Part shown: positions 12,901 to 24,612 of the stretch, piece by piece
How the letters are laid out: each line of letters opens with the position of its first letter
Position numbering within the stretch: the stretch's first letter is position 1
From: Cyanophora paradoxa CCMP329
Lineage: Eukaryota > Plantae > Glaucophyta
DNA: 64,000 nt
Direction of reading: 5' to 3'
Assembly (NCBI GenBank): GCA_004431415.1
Contig: QPMI01000642.1
Span: forward strand, 99,275 to 163,274
The notes under the pieces: model-generated
Database searches by the model: none
Told to the model about the DNA's origin: nothing
The model's input: the letters and a program-made list of their open reading frames with translations, nothing else
Program-made: the position numbers and the translations under genes

Positions 12901-15791
12901 GTACGGGCTCATGGCTGCCCTTTCAGACCGCGCCTCCACTTCTTCGGCCTCGACTGCCGTCTTGCCTCCGACGGATCCGGATCGGGAACGAGCTGCAGCC
13001 CCTCACCTCCCAGTCTGCAGCTGCCTCTCGGCTTGCGCATGCGGATTTGCGAGTCCCGATCGGGAATCGGACGACGAAGGAGATCGAGACCTTGACGGTC
13101 GACTTTCCGACGAACCGCGGCAACGTTAACGCGCCTGCGAGAAGCAGCTTCCACTGAGCCTCGCCGGGGCAGCTCGAGCTCGAGCTCGACGTTACACTGC
13201 AGCTGGTACATGCCACAGTGCGATCGGCGCTCCGCATCCGGATTCGAGCTCTTCCGCGGCTTCCAGGACCGTCGGGCTTCATCGAAGATCTAGGTGCGTT
13301 CACTGGAAGCGCGATCGCGAGATACACATTTTCGAATGTTATTGTTCACGCACGCACGCTGATAGCACGTCTTGTGATGTCCCTTGCATTAATTGCACGG
13401 CCCGGCGGCAGGCTTGCAGACAATCCACAAGTTCACGTCTTCTAATCGATCCCCGTTCGGAAGATATCATCGATCGGTACAAGGATTCAGTCCGGCGAAA
13501 GAACGTCCTGCAGCTGTGCGACCACGAGACACAGACACGGGGCAATCGGTGTCACACATTAAGCTGCCAGCCTGGCAGGCTGTGACAGCTTCGTCGGTCC
13601 AGGACTCATGATCAGCCGTCGTTGATCATGAGCCCTCGACGGCTCCAAAGACCCTTCGCACGATTGCTCCGCGTCGACGTCGGCATGTGCATCCGCTCAG
13701 CAGCTCTGGCATGAATTATAGTGCGGAACTTTGCTTAAGCCTGTTCTAATCATAATCACGCCGTGACGCTGCCTTCACCGCACCACAACCATTAACATAT
13801 TTGGTCAGGAAACTCGATGACTATAGCTACATTTCATTTCCGGGATCCCCTTCCGACGAAGCGATCGTGCCTCCGATTATATTCACCGATGCTTGCCATT
13901 GAAGACTGGTAAATATATGCTTGCCATGCATGCTAGCTTGTAAGGCAGCCGCAATCTGACAGTTATATGTGCACGTAGACGATGCGATCGATTCGACACG
14001 CGACCCGCGGTCTCCAGTGCCCCATAGACATGCATATGCATCGCAGTTTGAAGCTTGCCACTTCAAGGCTTGAGAATAGAAAGGCCAGGAGGCTCGCCGG
14101 CATACCCTTCGAGTTCGTCTACGTACGTAGATCTACAAATACATTGTTGGCTGATTAAGCGCAAACACATGGATGCATATGGCTGATTAAGCACTATTCT
14201 TCTCTCGCCGGGACGTCGACGTCAACAGGCCGATAGGGCGGGAGCTTAGCTTCGGGCCGCCGGGCTCCAGCGCAGTATACGTAAAGTCCGGCAGCGCCTC
14301 CCGCGCCCGCCCCTCTGCACGCGCCTGTGTGCCGGCGCCGGCGCCGGCGCGCCCAAGTCAAGACGAGGTTAGACCCCAGAGCGCTGAATCCTAGCGGCGG
14401 CGCCGCGGCGCCGGCAGGCTCAGGGAGAGTTAAATCAGGAGATCTAGACTTTCTATGGTTTACTTTTAATTTAATGCTTATGAATGCTAACGACCAGCAT
14501 CGCCACCGTAGTACTAGCTATAGGCTAGTAGGCCTAGTTAAGCGCTAGCTAGCAGGGCGCCACACTTCGCAGTGATTCGAATTCGCGAACTCCAGCGCCA
14601 GGGTGGGAGCCCTAGCGCCAGCGCCAGCTGCAGCATGCGCACCCGGAGGGCAGCGAGGGCGGCCGCCCTGCCCTCGGGCCCCCGCGCCTCGTCCAGCGCC
14701 GCCTGCGCATGCGCATGGGCAGCGGGCTTTAACGTTCGTGGCCATGGCCAGACCTGCAGGTTTGAGGCTCAGGGCAGACCTCGAGGTAGGCGCCGAGGTG
14801 CGCGAACTGCATGGCGACGACCCGCGCCGCGGCCGCCGCGTGGTCGATCGAGCTCGGGCCGGGGCCGGGGCCGGCCACCCCCAGCAGAGCCTGCGGGGCC
14901 GGTTGCAATCACGATATCGATGAAGCGATCAGAGTTTTATCCGGATCCAGAGGCACGTTATATTATTGCAAGGGGGGACGAAGACCGTCGGACCGAAGGG
15001 CTTCTCCCAGCTTGCAAGTTGCCTCCCGTTCCCTCGCTTCAGCCAAAATTTTCTATGAGGCCGTTTGCGAGGTCCAGTATGCAACAAAAATGAGGCTTAT
15101 TCGCGTTCCGATTGGCTCGGTGGACCGGTCAGCCTTCGACTTTCGAGCGTCAAACTCGAGCTCGCGAGAGCTTTCTCGAACTCGCGAAAAGTGGTTTTCG
15201 AGGGGAAAACCAACTTTTCTCTCATACTAAGTTATAACTTATTACTTATGACGCATGCGGACACCCGTAAAAAAACTCAGTTCTCACGGAACGGCCGAGC
15301 CAAAAATCTTCGGTAACTTGATTGAGGTCAGAAAACTTACCTAAGGGTTGTGTCAACGCATATGAGAACACAGTGTGGTATACGGTATATAATTATATAT
15401 AACACCAGATTAAGGAACTGAAATTTTTACTTTCCGCGTTAATATTAGGTACCGCGCTTATTCTCGAAATCCACTGCGAGAACGCCAGATACATTACCCC
15501 CAAGTGAAACTAAATTCAAAATGTCAGCGCGTTAATTTAATAAAAAAACGGCAATTTTGATTTTGCCCCCCCCCGCGGATCGATATCGATCGATCGAAGA
15601 TCAGTTTAGGTTTTAAAGAAATTTTCATGCATGAAGTTCGCAGTCGCAGTGCCTACGCGCGTTCCACGCGCGTGCCGCGCGCGCGCGTCACGGCGTACGT
15701 ACCGGTACGGACCGGGTCGGACCCGGGACCCGTACGGTTACTACGGTACGTGCCACGGTGCGCCGCCACGGACCACGGTGCGCGTCGTGAC

Positions 15792-16287
15792 TAGAGCTGT
15801 GCTCCCTGGGGGGGGCCGGGCCCAGCGGCCGCTGAAGCCCGGCGAGCGGCGCCTGTCGCTGGCCCGTCGCTGAGCTGGGGGTACCGCCAAAACCTGAAGA
15901 AAAACTGCTGAAAACCGACCGAAAACCTATCTGTTCCGTTTAGTTCATTTCGTACAAGCTTTTAAGACGCAAATGCAGATTTAATGCTTGGTTCCGCGAG
16001 CCATGCGTCAATTTCTGCGGGATAGAGGCCAGCTGCAGGCTGCTTTTGGGCGAAGCGGAGCGCCTGGATGCTCGAAAACAGTCGAAATTTAGCAAGATTG
16101 CTCGGCCACGCCGAGTCGTCGCCGACCTACGTCGACCATCAGATGAGAAAAAAGCGGGATGGAGCTTTTTTTGGCGCCTGTCAGCCATAAAAAACGCTGA
16201 GCGAGGAGGCGTCGCTGGCGGAAAACGCCAAGCGTAGCGGCCGCTGGAACCTCGCGAGCGAAGCGACAACCAGCGACCACAGCCCTA
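15792..16287. mobile_element. Non-autonomous hAT-like MITE, copy 2 (~496 bp)
   Basis: Same termini as 5754..6259 and a near-identical body, in the same orientation. Confidence 0.8.
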
Positions 16288-16446
16288 GTGCTCATACGTC
16301 GCGCACGTCAGCTATAGTCAAGGCACTGGCCCGGCCCGATCATTTCGAATTCTGCAATTCGATTTCCTACGGATAGACGCTCGTGACTTGCAGCGCGTTG
16401 ATATCGATATCGATCGACAAATAGCAGTACTAGTGCACCGGTCGAT

Positions 16447-18829
16447 ATGGGCGGCACATCGTCGAAGATCTCATCGTGGAGGGACGAGGCTTCTTGCGTG
16501 GCGAAGGAAACCCCGTTGTACTCTTTAAAGGTAGCGCGGTACGCAGTGGAGAGCGACTTGCTGAATGCTTGCTTGGCAAAGGGCGCAACGTTCGCAAGCG
16601 CCAGCGGCGACACCACCTTGCCTTGCACACAGTGGTCCGCAACCGGCCGCCGCCTCGTGACGCCCGCGGCCTCCTCACGCGCACGCCGCCTCCCGCGTAG
16701 CCCGGCGGTGACGAAAGTGGAGACTTTCAGCGCACCGGACTGCAGCGGCACGTCCCTCTTCACCGCAACGTACAAGGGGGAAGCGCTCTCGGACCAGGAC
16801 CTCTTCACCTCGTGCGGCCGCGGGGCCGCCCTCGGCAAAGTGGGCACCGCGTACTACAAGGCGGCAGCGGGCGACATGGGCGGCACTGAGGCCGCCTGCA
16901 CCAAGTGGTGCGCCCGCCGCCGCGCCCCGGCCCGGCACCGGCGGCCGGCGCCCTGGGGGGCCGCGCGCGGCGCGCGCGAGGCCGACGCGCGGCAGCCCGC
17001 CGGTGACGGGCGTCTTTACGTACACCGACGGCGGCTGCACGAACAAAGGGCCCGCCTCGTACTACTACGGGGCCCTCGCGAAGGGCGCCCCCGCGCTCTC
17101 CGCCGACGAGGCCTGCGACGCGAAGGGCGCCCTCGCCTTCTCCGCCAAGGCCTTCGCCGGCGAGAGCGCCACCCCGATCGTCGGCTGTACCCCCTGGTTC
17201 CCGGACCCCGGTCCCCCCGGTCGACGTCGCGGGGCGTCCCCCCTTACCGCGGCGCGCGCAGCCCGGCGCGGAGCATCGTGCGGGCGTACCCGAGCGGAAA
17301 CTGCACGGCGGGGGCGCGGGACGCGGTGCAGGCCGCGAAGGATGCGCGGCTGTCGGCGCTCCTGGAGAAGAGCCTCGGGATGAGGGGGCTGGAGGAGGTG
17401 CGGGTCGCGCAGGACGCGGCCCTCCAAATGGCGCGCATCGTCGCGGCGTACGGGGGCGTGGAGGCGCTGCAGCAGGCGAGGGGCGCCGCCGTGTCCAAGC
17501 CCGAGGGCAGGACCGCCGCAGACGAGGCCGCGATCAAGGCCTACGACGACTTCACAGCCGCGGTGCGCCCGGGCCGGCGGGGCGGCCCTTGGGCGGGGGC
17601 GGCCCGCCGCGGCGCTGACTCGCGCGGCGCGGCGCGGCGGGGCGGGCGGGGGCAGTCCGTGCGGCACGAGGGCTTGACGGGCGGCCTGACGGAGGCGGAG
17701 GTGGACGAGGCTTTCCGGCTGGCGCTGGACGTGGTGGACGACCCGTACTACGTGAGCGCGACGGAGCGGGTCGTGGACGGGAAGCCGGCCGCCGTCCTCG
17801 CCGCCGTGAAGGAGCTCTGCGAGGGCGGCTTCAAGTACTTCCTCGGCTGGCGCGACGGCGACTCCTCTGCCCTCTCCAACGCCCTCTACGACACCGACAC
17901 CCCCTTCGACGCCACTTTCTCCGTCGCCAAAGGCACCGACCTCGGCCAGGAGATGGAGTGCAGCCCGTGGTGCGTGCCGCCCGCGCCCCGCGCCCGCGCC
18001 CGCGCCCGCGCTGAGCCGCGCCGGTCGCTGCAGCCGCACGCACAAGAAGACGGTGGAATGCATCCGCAACGGCACGAAGGTGTTCGATGCGCAATCGGCA
18101 GACGAGTGCGCACTCCCGCCCCCCCCCCCCCCCCCCCCACCCCACCCCACCCCCCCCACCCCCCCCCTCCCCTCCCCCCTTACATCCCCCTCCCCCTCTC
18201 CTCCTCCTCCCTCGCCTCCCCTCGTATCCCCCCGCGCCCTGGCCGGGTCCGACTCGCGGCGCGCAGGTGCAGGAGCCTGTACGATGGCGTGGATGAGAAC
18301 GAAGCGTATTTCTCGGGTTTGGAGGTCGAATCCCTTACCGTGCGTGCACGCGCCTCGCGCGCCCAGTTATAGGACCGGACCGAGCCGCGGCGGCGGCGGC
18401 GTCCGACCGGCGGCTGGGGTGGGGGCAGATCGAAACCGTCTGCACGCCCTGGGGCGGCTGCGAGGAGTTTAGGGAGCAGTTGTGGGTTTTGCCGCCCTGG
18501 CTCGGCCAGATCTCGCGCGTGGACGAAGCGAGGCAGGTGCGCACGCGCGGCCGGCGCGATCGCGAGCTGGCGCCGCGCCGTGCGCCCCGGCCCGACGCGG
18601 CGCGCGGGCCCCGCAGGAGGCGGAGGGGGGGAGGAGCTGGAGGCCGGCCTCGAGCTGGAGGAGGCCGTCCTCGCCGCCGACCTCCAGCTCGCCGCCTGCT
18701 GCGCCCCGGTGCGCCCCCGCCCCCGCCCCCGCCCCCGCCCCCGAGTCGCCCCCGCTGTGCGGGCGAGCCGCGTCCCCTCCCCCCGGCGCCCAGGACGCGG
18801 AGCTGGCGGAGGGGTTGCTCCCGCAGTGA
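16447..18829 (+). CDS. Multi-exon Cys-module protein of unknown function with an acidic C-terminus; probable distant relative of the 30-43 kb array gene
   Basis: Coding-like exons with GT-AG introns encode VETFSAPDCSGTSLFTATYKGEALSDQDLFTSCG, VFTYTDGGCTNKG, VRAYPSGNCTAG and KTVECIRNGTKVFDAQS, ending DAELAEGLLPQ*. The start MGGTSS fits an N-myristoylation pattern, but the true start is uncertain. There may be a homopolymer frameshift near 18630. Confidence 0.6.
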
Positions 18830-19227
18830 GCCGCCCGCAGCGGAGGGGCCGCGGACCTCGGGGAGCGGAGGGGGGCTGGAGGCAGCCACGCATCCTGCGC
18901 CGTTTCACGCGAGCTAGGCTGCCAGGATTGCCTTCTGATCGGTTGCGAGTCACGCGGGTCCTGGTTGTAAATGCGCTGAATTGTTCAATTATCCGGCGCC
19001 CAGCTATCCTTTAAACTCCTAAGATCTAGATGTAGCCCCTCGGGACCTTCAGCTGTCCACCTCCTCCCAGCCCCGATGGCCGGCGCCACGCCCCCGGCTC
19101 CGGATCCTCCAGCTAAACATTGATCAAACTGCACATATCCTAGCACTAGCTACAAAGCGCTCTGCCGTATTATACACCAGACATTCGCATCCGGGGCTGG
19201 GGCTGCATACGCAGCCCAGCACTCCGC

Positions 19228-20522
19228 CTAGCTCGTCGAGAGATTCGGGGGCGCCTCGCCCGGGGGGTACCGAAGCCGCTTGTACAGTCCCTCTATCCGC
19301 AGGAGGCGAGTCCACCATGGCCGCCTGGAATCGTCCACATACCCCAGCTTCGCGTACACCGCCTTCGCCGTCGCGTTGCTCGACTCCACTGCGGCCCGAC
19401 GGAAGGGAAGGATCGACGGGGCGGAGGGGTACGCGGTCGCGGAGGAGGGTGGGGCCTGGCACCGTGGAGGTACAGCGAATCGATGTCGGGGTCCCGCAGG
19501 CCCACCTCCTCGCAGAAGCGCATCAGCCTGCCGGCCGCCGCTCGGCCCCGGGTGGGAGGGGCCGCGCGGGTGCGAGCTCGAGGGGGGACGGGTACCGCGT
19601 GCCGACGCCGCGGCGGCGGACGTCGCCGCGGACGGCGAGGCAGGAGATGTACAGCGAGTTTCCGCAGACGTGCGCGGCCGGCGGCACCTGCGGGCCACGA
19701 ACGGCCGGCCCCGTCGGCCCCGCGCGCGCCGGTGCGGTTCGGGGGCGGCGGGGCGGACCCAGGAGGAGCGCTCTGTGATGTCGACGCAGCCGAGGACGTC
19801 GCCCGTCCGCTCGTCCTCCGCCACGAACACGTGCTCGATCGTCGAGTCGAACCTGCGTGCGCGGGCGCGCTTCAGCGGGGCGGCCGGGCGCGCCCCGAGA
19901 GCGAGCGCGCGCGCCTGTCGATGACGTCGAGGCTGGTGAAGAAGCCGACGTAGCCGCTCCTCCACGAGCCCGGCGGGGCGGAGAAGAAGCACTCGGCGTG
20001 GAGCGCCGATAGTGCGGCCAGGTCCCAGATCGTCGCCAGGCGGACGCGGATGCCGCCCTCCACGCTCGAGCACTGTTCGATGGGCTTTGGCGGCGGCGGC
20101 CGCAGCATCGAGCGGTCTATGCGCTCCAGCCGGGTGAGCCGCGGGCTGATCTTGAACGCTTCGTCCGAGCGAGCAGGCCGCAGGTCGTTCGGCGCCGACG
20201 CCTGCTCGCAGGAGACCTCGAAGTCGTTCCCAGGACGGGAGGAGCGCATCCTCTGCCCAGCTGGAGCCGCCGACTCGCCGCGCCGCCAGCGGCCGAACGT
20301 CCTTGGCTCGGAAGCCCAGCCCCAGCCGTGCGTGCCGCTAGATGGCACGGCATCATCTGCTCGCGGCCTCAATGGCTGCCGAGGGCCGACAGCCGCGCCG
20401 CGCGCAGACGTCGGTGCGCCGGCGGCCGCTTGGCATGTTCTCGCTCTCGCATCCCCGTCATGCTGCGGCGCTCGCGAGCAACTGGGCGTAGGCGGCAGGG
20501 AACCTACGAAGGCGCAGCTCAT
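19228..20522 (-). CDS. GNAT-family N-acetyltransferase with a putative plastid transit peptide
   Basis: Exons encode IRVRLATIWDLAALSALHAECF, HVFVAEDERTGDVLGCVDI, LYISCLAVRGDVRRRGVG (acetyl-CoA motif A), SLYLH..VESSNATAKAVYAKLGY (motif B). N-terminus is MSCAFVGSLPP. Confidence 0.85.
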
Positions 20523-20683
20523 TGTTCCCGGTCGCCTCTACCCCCCCACCAGGCAGGTTTCTGTAGCGACGGCAGTTCATCACGAGCTCCACTTGCTCAG
20601 AACGTAGCCGAGGAGGTCGAGTCGTCTAGACAGCGACAGAAGCTACCCAATCAGTCCGCACGTGGACCGCAATCGACGCAAAC

Positions 20684-21345
20684 ATGCCATTCTTCGCTTT
20701 CTCTGATTCCGCCGTCGGCCTCGGCCTTATCAGCGTCTCGTGCGTGCCAGCGTTCCTCCGTTGGCGCGGCGCGCGGCGCTTGTTATTGGCGCCGCTTACC
20801 TCGCTTGGCGACAGCGCCGGTCTTCTCGGCATGCTTGCGATGGGCGGCAAGAAGGTTGGCGGCGAGATCAACAACGTGCGCGCCGCCGCGTCCCCGGCCC
20901 GCTCAACCTTATCCCATCCCTCCCCTCACGTGCATCGCGCAACGTCGGCGCAGAAATCCCGCGTCTGCCTGCAGTGCAAGGCAAGCTCTTAGACTCTATT
21001 GCGCGTTGCTTGTTATAGAACGCAGAGCGGCGCAGGGCAAGAAATTCGTTCTCATGCCTTGCAAGTGCTGCCAGGCCACGTGCGTTCTGTCGCGCGCGCG
21101 GCTCGACTGCTCTCTCACGTCGACCCGTGCAGTGGCTACGTCACGCGCGTCGTCGCGGGCCAGGAGACGAAGCGTCGGTGCATACAGCGCACCGCGCCCC
21201 ACCCCCAGCTCCCGTAACGAGTTCTCTGCCCACCAGGTGCCCCGAGTGCGACGGAGAGAAGGGCTTCGCGCAGCCGTGCCCGATCTGCTCGAATGCCTCG
21301 CTGAAGAGCGGGGCGCCGGAGAAGGTCGGCGCTGGCGCCCGCTGA
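20684..21345 (+). CDS. Small protein with an N-terminal hydrophobic segment and a DnaJ-type (CxxCxGxG-like) zinc finger, no J domain
   Basis: Spliced product: MPFFAFSDSAVGLGLISVS|AGLLGMLAMGGKKVGGEINN|KSRVCLQCK|GKKFVLMPCKCCQAT|GYVTRVVAGQETKRR|CPECDGEKGFAQPCPICSNA..., with four CxxC pairs. Confidence 0.78.
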
Positions 21346-21933
21346 GTTCGGCGCGGCGCGCCACTCTCCCTTTCTCCACGACTTTCTTGTGCCATCTTAT
21401 TTTCGTTTGCGCTTTGTGGACTTTGCATCAATAGGCAGACCTGTTGGCTGCCCGCAACGTAGGGCAGCCTGAACGGCTGCCCTGCTTAAGCTTTGGCAGT
21501 AGTCGCCCTCCAGGCTTTCTATCGCTGCAGCTGCGAGTTTTTCGGACAGTAGGAGCTCAGTCTGCTCCTTATGCTATGTTATCTTCTCCTCGATAATTGG
21601 TAGGTGTTAGGCGCCAGCGGTTGTGGGTAGCTCGGCAGCTCTGCGTGTAATCTAATAGAGAATACTTGCATCGGGATCGACAGACTGCGTGTGCAGCGTG
21701 GCAGGACTGCCTGGCAGTGCCTCATGATCAGGGTCCAGGCCCTAGGACTCGCTGCGCCCCCAAGCACGCACGGTGCTTAGCTGGCGATGCGGCGGACGGC
21801 ATAGACAGGGGCCGGCCTCAGAATTAATATTGAAGGTGCGGGTCTCGAATTCGAATTCAAAATTAAAAACGACAGCAGCAAGGGCGTTCATGCAAGGCGG
21901 GGCCCGAGGGCGGATGCATACGATGGAAGCCGC

Positions 21934-23667
21934 CTACGCGGTGGGGGCGCCGTCGCGGACGCCCATCTTGGCGAGCTCCCTCTGGATCGCCCGGTACAGC
22001 GTCTGCGCCTGCGCCGGCCCGACCCCGCGCTCAACCCCCGCAAAGCCCCTCTCCCGCGGCTCCCTCACGCACCTGCTTGGGGTCGAGCTCGCTCTGGCGC
22101 GCGTTCTCCATGTTGATCGTCTCCCAGATGGGGAGGCCCTCGTACTTGGGGAGCACGTGGAAGTGCACCTGCGCGGATTCGACCCCGCGGCGCGGGGCGC
22201 GGGGCGCGTGGCGGGGCGCGGGGCGGGGCGCGGGGCGGACGTGGGGGATGGCGGCGTCGACCATGTTCTGGCCCTCGAGGTCGAGGACCTCGCAGGGGTA
22301 ATCGGGGTGCACCTGCGTCTGCACCAGCACCTGGCACGTGTCCGAGTCCACCACCTTCGCCATCGCCGCCCCGATCTGCCCCCGCCCGCCCCCGATCGCA
22401 CCGCGCGGGACGGAGCGGGGGGGCGGGGCGGGGCGGGGGGCGGGCCTGGGAGGCGACGTAGAAGACGGGCCCGGCGACGTCGTGCGAGAAGTTCTCCAGG
22501 CTCGTGCAGTGGTCCGTCGGGATCACCAGCAGGTGCCTGCCCCCGCCCCCCGCGTCGGCCTCAGCCTCGGCCTCGGCGGCGGCGGCGGCGCGGGCGCTGG
22601 CCGCACCCCTTGCAGATCGGGCGCGGGTCAAGGAACACGGAGACGTCGGCGTTGCCGTAGATCTGGGGCGGGCGGGGAGGGTCGACCGCCGGGGGGTACG
22701 AGGCGCGAGGGCGGGCGGGGGCACCGCCATGCTGCCCTGGATGGAGAGAAGGTCCCCGGCGCGGGAGGCGAGACTGGCGGGGCGTCGGGACGGCTGCGGG
22801 AGCGGAGCGGGAGGGGGGTACGGCGCACTTGACGGGGATCTCCTCGAGGACGCTCTTGCAGACGCGGCTCATCGCCAGGTTCTCCGCGTCGTCCAGGCCC
22901 ACGCCTGTACCCCGGGCCGTCAGCCCCCGGGGTGCGGCGTTACGCGGGAGGGGTACCGCGGGAGAGGAGGTAGAAGATCATCTCCTCGGCGGCGGGCGTC
23001 AGGTAGTACCCCTCCTCCCAGGCCTGGGCCTTGCCCTGGAACGGGTTGCTCATCTGCGGCTGTGTGAGAGGGGCAAGGCCGATCGGGGCGCGGCGCGGCG
23101 CGGCGCGGCGGGCTGGGAGAGGCTGCGCGCCTTCTCCTTGGGGACGCGGTCGGCGGACTGGCAGAAGCAGCACTTGGCCATCGCCTCGCCGGTCATCTCG
23201 TCCTCGCCGACCTCGCGCTCGTTCTGCAGGTTCTTGAAGTACCACTTCGCCGCCCCGGCGAGCACCTCCACGTCGCCCGGCAGCCCTGCGCCGGCCCCGG
23301 GCCCCCTGATCAGCCGCCCGCGCCCCGCCGGCCCGCCGCCCGGCGCCAGCGGCGCACCGATGTCCTCGGGCTTGAGCGGCGGGAGGTGAGAGTTCGGCGA
23401 TTCGTCCGTGGGCAGGCTGCACGACGCCTGCTGCCGCGCGAGGCGGAACTCGGCCGAAGGTGCGCGCGGCTCGAAGCGACGACCCAGGAACTTGCTCTCC
23501 AGCTGCACGCTGCGTTTGCCCCGCCCTTCCGAAGCACTGCCGGTGCGCTGTGCGCCGGCGGCGTGCGCGGGGCAGGTTCCGGCCGCTGGTGCACGAAGAT
23601 CGGCGCTGGACGTCCGCGCGATGGTGAGGGTGCTTGGCTTCACGGCGATACCGATGAAGCCCGTCAT
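21934..23667 (-). CDS. HIT (histidine triad) family nucleotide hydrolase with an N-terminal extension
   Basis: Exons encode CCFC, IYGNADVSVFLDPRPICK|GHLLVIP and the triad IPH|VHFHVLP split by an intron. Stop after RDGAPTA. N-terminus MTGFIG is Ser/Ala/Arg-rich. Confidence 0.85.
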
Positions 23668-23886
23668 TGCTGCCCGGTGGAACGATCGATGCAATGCAGG
23701 CTGGATCGGCCGGGTAGCGATCTGTCACTCGGGACGCGTGCGCTCAAGCGGCGCTGCTAGATCTCCTGATGCTCCTGGCGCCGACGAACGCAGTGAACGG
23801 GGCGCGGCGCCCGCCGAGAACTTCTAGACTGGCTGGAGACGGGTACACACACAAACTCGGTGGCGCTAGGCAAGCAGCGCCCTGCG

Positions 23887-24612
23887 ATGAACTCGGAGCT
23901 GATCAACCCGTCGCCGATCATCTACGAGCCGCAGCACGCGCGCCGGGAGCACGGGAGCGTCAGCCACGGCGACGACGAGGACCGCGATGAGATCGACGCG
24001 TGGGACATTTTCGATATCCTGCACTGCCGCTCACGCCATAGTCGCATGTCTTCCTCTCCCCGCGAACCGCCTTGACCCGCGCACATCTGATCCGCGACAT
24101 CAACGACCCCGAGCACCCCCTGACGCTGGAACAGCTGAACGTCGTGGGGCCCGACCGCATCGACGTGAGCGATGCGAACAGCTACATCATGGTGCGCGGC
24201 GGCCGCGCGCCGATCTTGTGCCGCCCGCCTCCCGCTCACCCGCCGCAGGTGAAGTTCACGCCGACGGTGCCGCACTGCAGCATGGCGACGCTCATTGGCC
24301 TCTCCATGCGCGTCAAGCTCTTGCGCTGCCTTCCCTCGCGCTTCAAGGTCCGGCACATTCCGCCGCTCAGTCGTCGCGGCCGCGCGACGCGGCCTCCCCG
24401 CAGGTGGACATCAAGGTGTCCCCTGGCTCGCATGCGTCCGAGGCGGCCGGTGCGCCCTCCACCGCGCCGCCGCTCGCGCCTGCGCTCGCCGACGGCGCCG
24501 CGCGACAGTCAACAAGCAGCTGAACGACAAGGAGCGGGTCGCCGCGGCGCTCGAGAACAGCCACCTCCTCGACGTCGTCAACCGCTGCTTGAAGAATCGC
24601 ATGGAGCTGTAG
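23887..24612 (+). CDS. CIA2: MIP18 family / CIA2 (FAM96B/AE7-like) cytosolic Fe-S assembly protein
   Basis: Five exons encode [11 protein letters not shown]...IFD|[20 protein letters not shown]...|[24 protein letters not shown]...FK|[15 protein letters not shown]|[17 protein letters not shown]. Confidence 0.95.
24014..24084 (+). other. AT-AC U12-type (minor spliceosome) intron, 71 nt
   Basis: 5' end ATATCCTG, branch-site-like CCTTGAC ending 8 nt before the 3' end, terminal CAC. Removal restores the conserved [14 protein letters not shown]. Confidence 0.88.

Larger units (their letters stand above)
5754..16287. mobile_element. Composite transposon-like unit (10.5 kb) bounded by two direct MITE copies
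   Basis: The 8-bp sequence GTGCTCAT lies at 5746-5753 and 16288-16295, flanking only the outer ends. The inner flanks (GTCCGAAC, GTCGTGAC) differ from it and from each other. Confidence 0.72.

Noticed and set aside
12680-14100. Cargo ORFs such as 12680..13129 as captured functional genes
   Set aside because: There is no recognisable domain or consistent exon chain. At most it is a decayed relic.
5754-16287. LTR retrotransposon with 500-bp LTRs
   Set aside because: The ends are TAG..CTA TIRs rather than TG..CA, the TSD is 8 bp, and no PBS, PPT or gag-pol is recognisable.
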